DNA from: an uncultured virus (IMG/VR IMGVR_UViG_3300000116_000008)
Lineage: Duplodnaviria; Heunggongvirae; Uroviricota; Caudoviricetes
IMG/VR virus record: IMGVR_UViG_3300000116_000008
Strand: one strand, 5' to 3'
DNA: 64,000 nucleotides
Shown piece after piece: positions 56,947 to 64,000 of the stretch. The stretch's first letter is position 1, and every line of letters starts with the position of its first letter. Both the position numbers and the translations under genes were made by a program. The notes below the pieces were generated by a model. It was not told where the DNA came from, searched no databases, and worked only from the letters and a program-made list of their open reading frames with translations.

Positions 56947-56990
56947 TTTATAGTCTTTATTTTGCTATATTATTATTTTAGGAGGTTAAT

Positions 56991-57227
56991 TTGGCACAAT
57001 ATGTAGTAAGACAAGGGAGATGGTCTAATGAAGTTACAAAATTTGATGACTCTAGGGAGCCTATCGATGTATATACCTTTAATCACAGGGGATGTGGTTG
57101 TCCTGCTTGGACTCGTAATTGTAAACACGTAAAAATAGTAAAGGCTTGGGAAAAAGCTGGTAAACCGTTAGGTTCAGTTTTTGACGATAGTGCTAAGATG
57201 ATTGGGAATATTTTCATTAATGAGTAA
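56991..57227 (+). CDS. SWIM zinc-finger protein
   Basis: CGCP....CKH; AGGAGG SD with TTG start. Confidence 0.72.
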   Translation: MAQYVVRQGRWSNEVTKFDDSREPIDVYTFNHRGCGCPAWTRNCKHVKIVKAWEKAGKPLGSVFDDSAKMIGNIFINE

Positions 57228-57978
57228 AACATTACTTTTAAATGATTCAACTCACTACCATCATGGCTGTGCAAAAGTAATAGAAACATTCACTTTTGAT
57301 CACAGTATTGCGACTAATAGATCTATTAATGTAAATTTTTCAGATTATTCTACAGTAATTCTAAATGGTGAGGGTACTATGCACCATAATAGGAATACTG
57401 CATTGAAGTTTTTACAAGCACTAAAGGACGCTTATTTAGCTAAGTGTGATGTTCAATTAGTCAATACTGTTTGGCAAGATATGACAAATGATTATGACGA
57501 TGTTCTAGCTAAATGTAGCCTTATTCAAGTAAGAGATACTATTTCACAACAAGAGCTTAAAAATAGACATGGTATTGATAGTGATATAGTTCCAGACAGA
57601 AGTATTATACCGTATGTTCCTTTTCAGGACTATCCCCCTGTAAATGTTTATCAAGGCAATCGTTTTGATAGTAAGGTAGAATCATTTAAGTTAGGATGTC
57701 CTAAGATTAACATTTTTAAAGAAGACTGGAATAGTATAGTTAATAGGCTGAGACACGCAAAGCTATTAGTTACAGGAAGGCATCACGAAGCATATGCAGC
57801 AATTAAAGCTGAGTGTGAATTTATATTATTACCAGGTAATACACATAAAAATGAAGGAATTTATTTAAACGCTGGAGTTTCTCCTATAAACTCGATTGAT
57901 GATATAGAAGATGTTTTATCTGGTGAGTATACTAGAGAATTTAATAGGATATTTGAGTATTATGGAAAAAGTATTTAG
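57220..57978 (+). CDS. Polysaccharide pyruvyl transferase-like
   Basis: NGEGTMHH, VRD..S, VPD, VTGRHH. Confidence 0.72.
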   Translation: MSKTLLLNDSTHYHHGCAKVIETFTFDHSIATNRSINVNFSDYSTVILNGEGTMHHNRNTALKFLQALKDAYLAKCDVQLVNTVWQDMTNDYDDVLAKCSLIQVRDTISQQELKNRHGIDSDIVPDRSIIPYVPFQDYPPVNVYQGNRFDSKVESFKLGCPKINIFKEDWNSIVNRLRHAKLLVTGRHHEAYAAIKAECEFILLPGNTHKNEGIYLNAGVSPINSIDDIEDVLSGEYTREFNRIFEYYGKSI

Positions 57979-58342
57979 AGATTGGGGTTGGTGGAGCGTA
58001 TTAGCAGAATACGATAAATCTTGTAAGATTAAAGAGTTAGTTGTCAAACCAAAGACTAAGCTTTCTTGGCAAAGACATAATTTTAGAAGTGAAGTATGGT
58101 TTGTTAGAAAAGGAACTGCTACAATCTACTATAGTGACGATAGGGAAGGATTAAAAAATGTTTTTAAAGATACAAAAGTCGAAAAGCAAACTCATCGGAT
58201 CTCACGATACCAGTGGCATTGCTTGGCTAACGAAACTAATGAAGAAGTGTCTGTTATTGAAATTCAGTTTGGCGATGATTGTCGTGAGTCCGACATCATA
58301 CGCAAGCAGCTTCCACAAGGAAGTTACCTGTTTGGCAACTAA
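57962..58342 (+). CDS. Mannose-6-phosphate isomerase-type cupin
   Basis: R.WG.W, LSWQRH..RSEVW, H.LAN, IEIQ.G..C.E.DI.R. Confidence 0.85.
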   Translation: MEKVFRDWGWWSVLAEYDKSCKIKELVVKPKTKLSWQRHNFRSEVWFVRKGTATIYYSDDREGLKNVFKDTKVEKQTHRISRYQWHCLANETNEEVSVIEIQFGDDCRESDIIRKQLPQGSYLFGN

Positions 58343-58748
58343 TATTTACTGGGAAGCTCGAAATCAAACGGTATCTGGTATGCTAGGGGTCGGAATGGTA
58401 ACTCGTAATAGAGTCAAGCGACAGACTTTTCCTAACACGTATTGTGGAGTTGTATACGAAGCTAAGATGAGTAAGTGGTGGAAAACTGAACACAATAAAG
58501 ATGTACCTGTAAGAAATAGATGTCAGTTTAGTTGGTACTGTGATGGTACATCTGACAAAGTACCTGCCTATGATCGTGAAGTTTGGGAAGTAGCAGTTTA
58601 TTTAGCACGAGGAATATATAATGGTAGATATACTGATAATACTTTTGGTGCTACACATTATCATGCTTACTATGTGTCACCTAAATGGGCAAAGCAATTT
58701 AGACATACTACTACTATTGATGATCACATTTTTTATAGATATGATTAA
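58239..58748 (+). CDS. Cell wall hydrolase (SleB/Hydrolase_2); probable start MKKCLL
   Basis: CLATNIYWEARNQ, NRV, CQFSWYCDG, GATHYHA.YV.P.WA, HIFY. Confidence 0.92.
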   Translation: MKKCLLLKFSLAMIVVSPTSYASSFHKEVTCLATNIYWEARNQTVSGMLGVGMVTRNRVKRQTFPNTYCGVVYEAKMSKWWKTEHNKDVPVRNRCQFSWYCDGTSDKVPAYDREVWEVAVYLARGIYNGRYTDNTFGATHYHAYYVSPKWAKQFRHTTTIDDHIFYRYD

Positions 58749-58830
58749 TGTGGGAAAACAGATTTCAGTGTAATGAGTTTACTGACTTTACAGATTCTGA
58801 TGTATAGTCCTCTACTCTTTCAAAATATAC

Positions 58831-58921
58831 TTGCATAACTCTTAATTTTTGAATATACTATATATGTAGATGCTCAAAAGAGGTCTACATAATTAAACTT
58901 GCTTAATAATAGGAGAAAATA
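58831..58921 (+). promoter_or_regulatory. Promoter plus ROSE-like RNA thermometer in the hsp20 leader
   Basis: TTGCAT-17-TATACT; 5' hairpin TATGTAGA/TCTACATA; TTGCT opposite the AGGAG SD. Confidence 0.65.
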
Positions 58922-59338
58922 ATGACTTTAACTAGTACATTCGCTTTTCCAAGAAGTGCGTTTCTTGGATTCGACCATATATTTGACGAACTTAATAATA
59001 TTCGTTTACACGCACACGACGGATACCCACCACATAACGTAATTAAAACTGGAGAGAAGACTTACACAATTGAACTTGCTGTTGCAGGATTCAAAAAGTC
59101 TGATTTGAAAGTTGATATTAAAGATCATGTACTAACAATTGGAGGAGAGCGTGCACAACGTAGACCTGCAGAAGATTACGTACATCGTGGTTTGAGTACC
59201 CGAAAGTTCTCAAAATCATATAGACTTTCCGAATACACAGAAGTCGTTGGAGCTGACCTAAACGATGGTATATTGACTGTCAACTTAGAAGTAATTGTTC
59301 CACAGGAAAAACTTCCGAAGGCAATATCTATCAAATAG
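58922..59338 (+). CDS. Small heat-shock protein Hsp20 (IbpA-like)
   Basis: FLGFD, YPPHNV, IELAVAGF, HRGLSTRKF, DGIL. Confidence 0.93.
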   Translation: MTLTSTFAFPRSAFLGFDHIFDELNNIRLHAHDGYPPHNVIKTGEKTYTIELAVAGFKKSDLKVDIKDHVLTIGGERAQRRPAEDYVHRGLSTRKFSKSYRLSEYTEVVGADLNDGILTVNLEVIVPQEKLPKAISIK

Positions 59339-59382
59339 TGTTGGTGTCTCTTTAAATAAAACTTAATTTAAGGAGAAATGAT

Positions 59383-59610
59383 ATGACAACTATGTCTATA
59401 ACTGCATTTACTTGCAGTGCATGCGAAAAAATCGCAACTATGTTTAACAATCTTTTTAGAAAAGTACGATTTGGAATGCAGATGTCTGCAAACCAAAGAG
59501 TCGCTAGAGAGTTAATCCACTTAGGCTTTCATCAGCAAAAAGAGTTTAACCAGCTTCTACAAAGAATGAACGATCAAGCTATAGAAGAATACTATGACAA
59601 CAAGAAGTAG
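59383..59610 (+). CDS. Hypothetical protein
   Basis: AGGAGA SD. Confidence 0.65.
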   Translation: MTTMSITAFTCSACEKIATMFNNLFRKVRFGMQMSANQRVARELIHLGFHQQKEFNQLLQRMNDQAIEEYYDNKK

Positions 59611-59755
59611 TATCTGATGTGGCCTTATACTGAAGATGAGAACGACTTCTTATCTAAATAAAAAAGCGAATGGGGGCTATGATTGTAGCTCCCTTCTTGC
59701 ATTATACCCCAAAATATTGTATTATAAGTTATAAATTTTTAAAAGGAGAATTATT

Positions 59756-59959
59756 ATGACTAAAGGCGAAATAAATTTTGCAATAAGACCTGACTACAAT
59801 CAGGAATCTACAGACGCAACTTCCGTAGTACCTGAGATTGACTACAAATTTTCTTTTGATCACTCTCAAGGTCTTCAACTTAGTATTCAAGAGATTGATT
59901 ATCATTTTAATAAATGGTTACTATCTTTAGGTTATGAGAGAAAAGGATCTAGTCAATGA
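59756..59959 (+). CDS. Hypothetical protein
   Basis: AGGAGA SD and promoter. Confidence 0.6.
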   Translation: MTKGEINFAIRPDYNQESTDATSVVPEIDYKFSFDHSQGLQLSIQEIDYHFNKWLLSLGYERKGSSQ

Positions 59960-60186
59960 AAATAGGAGATCAAATACTCAAAGCAGCTTTACTACAAGCT
60001 AAAGGTCAAGTAGAAGTACATAAAACTAACATTTTAGTTTATCAAAATATGCCAGCAGGTATTGGAGAGCATAGTGATGTTACTGAAGCAGTTATTTCTG
60101 AATTAGATAAGCTGGCTTCAGCTAATGATAGAATTGATATGTTAAGATACTACTTTGACATAGAAGATGAACATGACTTTGAATAA
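59956..60186 (+). CDS. Conserved phage hypothetical protein
   Basis: PAGIGEHSDV. Confidence 0.7.
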   Translation: MKIGDQILKAALLQAKGQVEVHKTNILVYQNMPAGIGEHSDVTEAVISELDKLASANDRIDMLRYYFDIEDEHDFE

Positions 60187-60212
60187 ACTATTGGCTTAGA
60201 TACTAAATATAA

Positions 60213-60286
60213 AGGGGATAAGTGTTATGGTAGCACGGCAGGCTCCAACCCTGTAAGCGTGGGTTCGACTCCTACATCCCTTGCCA
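60213..60286 (+). tRNA. tRNA-Trp (CCA)
   Basis: AGGGGAT/ATCCCTT acceptor, loop CTCCAAC, TTCGACT, encoded CCA. Confidence 0.93.
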
Positions 60287-60307
60287 ATTTTTAGGAGGAC
60301 AATTATA

Positions 60308-60532
60308 ATGTATGCGATAAAATGTACACCAAGCAAGTATAACCCAAATGATTGGTATTTACTCAGAGATTTAAATGATTATGTTGTTCATGTGTGGACA
60401 AGAGAATCTGAAGTAAAAAAGTTACTTGCTGAATTGAAAAATAATACTCTTGAGATAACACAAGATATCCCTCGATTGGCTCTTGAAAGGGCAACGGCTA
60501 AAAAAAGAGCAAAATTGACTGAAAAGGAGTGA
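60308..60532 (+). CDS. Hypothetical protein
   Basis: AGGAGG SD before the ATG at 60308. Confidence 0.6.
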   Translation: MYAIKCTPSKYNPNDWYLLRDLNDYVVHVWTRESEVKKLLAELKNNTLEITQDIPRLALERATAKKRAKLTEKE

Positions 60533-60942
60533 AGATGAATAAATTAATTAGTTTAACAACTATTGGAATCGTAACCTGTTTTGTGAGCACTGCTAATGCA
60601 ACACAACCTCATTCTGCAAAAGTTAGTGATCATTACAAAGCAGTTATAGTAAAGATACCAACAGATTATGAAGTATGCACAAAAGGTAACGGTAAAACAG
60701 ATTTAGAGAATTTTATTACAGGAGGTATTGTTGGTGGAGTGATTGGTAACAATATTCCTGGAGAAAAAGGGGGCGGAGCATTGGGTGCTATACTAGGCGG
60801 AGCATTAAACGCTGAAGCTAATAAAGGCATAAAATGTACAAAGCACACTCATTATGAAAAAAAGATGGAAACTATTTACTCACACAGCACTATAACCTTT
60901 ACTTATGATGGTAGAAGTTATACTGTAAGATTTACAAAGTAG
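60529..60942 (+). CDS. Glycine-zipper 2TM exported protein
   Basis: Signal peptide; GGIVGGVIGN..GALGAILGG. Confidence 0.78.
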   Translation: MKMNKLISLTTIGIVTCFVSTANATQPHSAKVSDHYKAVIVKIPTDYEVCTKGNGKTDLENFITGGIVGGVIGNNIPGEKGGGALGAILGGALNAEANKGIKCTKHTHYEKKMETIYSHSTITFTYDGRSYTVRFTK

Positions 60943-61018
60943 GTCTCGTAGCTCAACTGGACAGAGTATCGGTCTACGAAACCGAGGGTTGCAGGTTCGA
61001 ATCCTGCCGAGATCACCA
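60942..61018 (+). tRNA. tRNA-Arg (ACG)
   Basis: GGTCTCG/CGAGATC acceptor, loop CTACGAA, TTCGAAT, encoded CCA. Confidence 0.95.
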
Positions 61019-61038
61019 AATTAAGGAGAGAGAACTAA

Positions 61039-61533
61039 ATGCATAGAATATCTGCATATTGGAAAGATAAAACTATAGTTAGGTTATTCAGATGTGTTTA
61101 CGACGCTATTGACTTTAAAGATATTATGGATGCAAATTATCCTGATAAAGTAAAATTCGAAAAAGGAGTATTTTCAATGAGAGAATGGACATATGATATG
61201 TGGAATGTTATTATGGATAGTAAGCATAATCCACTACGGAATATCCCAGATTTGCAAGTTAGGCACCTGGTTATGCAAGTGTTGGCATGGATGTGGTGTA
61301 TCACATTTTCTATGTATTTTAGTTCTATGTGGATGTTTGGCATTACTGCTATTGCACATGCAATACTAATAGCAGCTATAGTTGTTACAGTTTCTACTTT
61401 TACTACAGCTAGTTTAAATCCTATATTTTTTATAAAAAAAGGTTATCATACACCAAGTAGAACTAGAGCGCTATATTATAACGGAAAAAGAATTGAACTC
61501 GATGCAAACGACCCTGGAGGCGAGCACGATTAA
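61039..61533 (+). CDS. Membrane protein
   Basis: NPLRNIPDLQVRHLVMQVLAWMWC; TM helices; DPGGEH. Confidence 0.68.
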   Translation: MHRISAYWKDKTIVRLFRCVYDAIDFKDIMDANYPDKVKFEKGVFSMREWTYDMWNVIMDSKHNPLRNIPDLQVRHLVMQVLAWMWCITFSMYFSSMWMFGITAIAHAILIAAIVVTVSTFTTASLNPIFFIKKGYHTPSRTRALYYNGKRIELDANDPGGEHD

Positions 61534-61707
61534 GGAGAGCAAATGTTAGGAAGATTAATTGAATACACCCGTACCACAACTTATCAACACAAACCAAGGA
61601 GAAAGTATATGACACCGAACCCACACTATATTAATATGATGATTAATATTGGTATATTCGCTATGTTAGTTTACGTTGCTATACAAGTTAGTTAAAGGAG
61701 AACATCA

Positions 61708-61905
61708 ATGTTTTATGATATTGATAAACTAAACGACTTAGAAAAAACTGTGAGTGATAATTTAGCCTCAGCTGATAATCATACACAACATAATGACCAT
61801 AAAACACATTGGATTAACTATCGAACTGATATGCCTAATTGTTTAATGGTTATTAGAGAATATAAAGAATTACTACGACAACTTAACTTAAGAAAGGAAA
61901 ACTAA
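61708..61905 (+). CDS. Hypothetical protein
   Basis: AGGAGA SD. Confidence 0.6.
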   Translation: MFYDIDKLNDLEKTVSDNLASADNHTQHNDHKTHWINYRTDMPNCLMVIREYKELLRQLNLRKEN

Positions 61906-62090
61906 TGGGAATTATTATATTAGCACTAGGTATGTTCAGCATGGACACACAAGAATTTAGAGAAACTGCTAATCAGCAAGTAAAAGAAGGATACAAATGG
62001 ACTTATGTCGGTAAGCAAGCACCATCAGGAGTTCCAGCTATCACTCTAAAGTCAAATGGCGATGAATATATACTTTGGAAATTAAAGTAA
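61905..62090 (+). CDS. Hypothetical protein
   Basis: AAGGA SD; coupled. Confidence 0.6.
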   Translation: MGIIILALGMFSMDTQEFRETANQQVKEGYKWTYVGKQAPSGVPAITLKSNGDEYILWKLK

Positions 62091-62314
62091 TGACAGTAAC
62101 ATACATGACTGATGGTTCACCTAAATCTTGGGATAAAAAGCTACGTACTTATGAAGTAACTTATCCCAGTGGTCAGAAAGTGTTTTGGAAAGACTATACT
62201 GCTCGTGATGCGCTAACTAAGTATGATGGTCACAACTCTATGTATAATTATGAATTAAAAATCCGAGAGATCGAAGGTAAAGAACTTGCCTTAAAAAAGA
62301 TTATGGATAAGTGA
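62090..62314 (+). CDS. Hypothetical protein
   Basis: TAATG coupling. Confidence 0.55.
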   Translation: MTVTYMTDGSPKSWDKKLRTYEVTYPSGQKVFWKDYTARDALTKYDGHNSMYNYELKIREIEGKELALKKIMDK

Positions 62315-62700
62315 TAGCAAACCTACTTTGTGCTTATCAAATGGTTATTTTTTGTGTATTATATAAATAACAATCAAAAATAGGAGATTTTAATGGCAAC
62401 TAACATTGTACTTTATGGCGTAGCTGCAGCAGCACTTATACTAACTTTCATGGCTACTAATGAGTTAGAAAATAGATTTGTAGAAATTGAGAAACAAATT
62501 GAAATTCAAAATACTATCATTGATAAACTAAGAAAGTAGGTGAAGCATGGATAATTTGCAAGAAAAACTACAAGAAACTATTCAAGAGTTAAAAGAAGTC
62601 ATGGAAGCTCGTAAAGCTAAGATGGACGACCTTAAACGAGAAATTGAAGAGCTTGAAGAAGAAAATGTCGCATTAGAAGAAAGCATTAAAGGAATCTTAG

Positions 62701-63339
62701 ATGACTTCTAATGAACCACATGATATGGCTAAAAGTTGGCTTGAGTGGTTAAAGCATAATCCTGACCCTGCAAGTTACCTATCTCCTGACGACTGGAGAA
62801 CTCAAGCTAACATCTGGATTGACTTAGGCTATTCTTGTGTGAAAACACCATTACTACCTAAATATCAGTATCATATTATAGATCGTTGCTTGCGTGGAGC
62901 TTCTGACATTATATCTTGTGAGACTACCGCAGTTCATTCAAACACCTCTAGTTTAATACAATGGTGTAAACAATGGAGTAGGGGAGCAGTTCAAGAGTAT
63001 GCACAACTATTTGAAGTACTCAAAGAGGATCGTGCAGGAAAGCCGCCAACTCATCGCCAGGTGTGTGAGTCGAGAGATGCTAGCAGAAAACGACACTTCA
63101 CTGCAGAACATCAGTTCCCCATCATGATACCTAAAAAAGGCATTCGTGATAGAGGATGGACACTAGAAAAGGCTCGCAATTGGATGTGGCAACACTCTAA
63201 GGTCACGATAGTTACTCAAGCAGAAAATAAACGACTCCTACCTTTCACAGAGGATATGGAGATAGCGAGTAAAAGATATTCAGATGCAGACATTGAGATT
63301 TGTATCCACCCTAAATATTTGGCTGACGACAATGTTTAA
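62701..63339 (+). CDS. Hypothetical protein, possible degenerate His-Me-finger nuclease
   Basis: EHQFP...VTQAEN..L. Confidence 0.5.
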   Translation: MTSNEPHDMAKSWLEWLKHNPDPASYLSPDDWRTQANIWIDLGYSCVKTPLLPKYQYHIIDRCLRGASDIISCETTAVHSNTSSLIQWCKQWSRGAVQEYAQLFEVLKEDRAGKPPTHRQVCESRDASRKRHFTAEHQFPIMIPKKGIRDRGWTLEKARNWMWQHSKVTIVTQAENKRLLPFTEDMEIASKRYSDADIEICIHPKYLADDNV

Positions 63340-63543
63340 GAATAAAACTGCCTGTGCAGCACTAGACGCGTATTATATTCAGCACAATGTAGCAGACTTT
63401 CAATATGAAGGTATGAGCGGTAAAGCTGCGTTTGAACTCTATTGTATACATAACGACGAGTTCCTTCTTGAGTTACTTTGTGCTTATCTTGACCTAGTCA
63501 ATAATATTAAAGCTATATACCCCGCTGTACCACAGAGCGTTTA

Positions 63544-63891
63544 ATGACCTTATTTTTTATACTACTTCTCAAACATGCAATTGTAGACTTAGGCGTACAA
63601 TCTCACTTTTCTGGATTACGTAAGCAGGCATATATCAGTAATGCACACATACATTATCTGCATCACGGAATATCAACTCTGCTCATTGCAGCATTCTTTG
63701 TAGACCCCCTCCTTGCAGTAGCTTGTGCTATTATTGATTATCTAGCACACTGGCATATAGACTGGGGAAAGCATCGTATTAATACAGCTTTTAGCATTAA
63801 AAGTCGATCTCGTTTATGGTGGTGGACAAATTCAGTTGACCAGCTACTTCATTTTGTTACTTATTACATTATTGTTCTCATAGGAGTATAA
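63544..63891 (+). CDS. DUF3307 membrane protein
   Basis: KHAIVD..Q, H..HH, HWHIDWGK, DQLLH. Confidence 0.85.
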   Translation: MTLFFILLLKHAIVDLGVQSHFSGLRKQAYISNAHIHYLHHGISTLLIAAFFVDPLLAVACAIIDYLAHWHIDWGKHRINTAFSIKSRSRLWWWTNSVDQLLHFVTYYIIVLIGV

Positions 63892-64000
63892 CATGGTTAC
63901 AGGACATGATATCTATCGTCATTTTAACCTCAAAACAACTCAAGATTTATTTGGAGTGTATATAGGTTGGCAACAGATACGACTATATCGAGCGCCCTTA

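Noticed and set aside
2505..61343. Numerous short antisense or alternate-frame ORFs in the track (e.g. 2505-2732, 12139-12402, 33529-33852, 39504-39911)
   Set aside because: Shadow ORFs of well-supported genes, with no SD or recognisable motifs
1..64000. Stop-codon reassignment, CRISPR array, integrase or transposase
   Set aside because: Genes are intact under the standard code and use all three stops; no suppressor tRNA, repeat-spacer array or recombinase motif seen

Overview
AT-rich, gene-dense segment of a large lytic bacteriophage genome, probably a marine myovirus-type phage of an alphaproteobacterium. The host inference rests on a permuted two-piece tmRNA with tag ANDNFAPQELALAA, TTGCnn-17-TAnnnT promoters and BMP/TTT transporters. 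No capsid or replication core genes lie in the window; it is an accessory region. Genes run on the minus strand from 1 to ~23.3 kb and almost all on the plus strand after that. Contents: glycan and nucleotide-sugar enzymes, seven 2OG-Fe(II) oxygenases, two TctA plus one TctC, guaC, bS21, repair genes (UvsE, Fpg/Nei), lysis genes, Hsp20, three tRNAs, tmRNA and many small basic proteins. Main candidates for new biology: (1) a class IIb synthetase catalytic core with no anticodon-binding domain, followed 7 nt later by a non-canonical tRNA(GUU) with a very long variable arm and U37, with an Ate/Bpt-like aminoacyl-tRNA-protein transferase 15 kb downstream, suggesting a private aminoacylation system; (2) a split tmRNA whose excised intervening segment holds a complete 69-aa gene ending in LAA, followed by ~330 nt of unexplained structured RNA upstream of guaC. 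All family calls come from motif recognition by eye; no searches were run.
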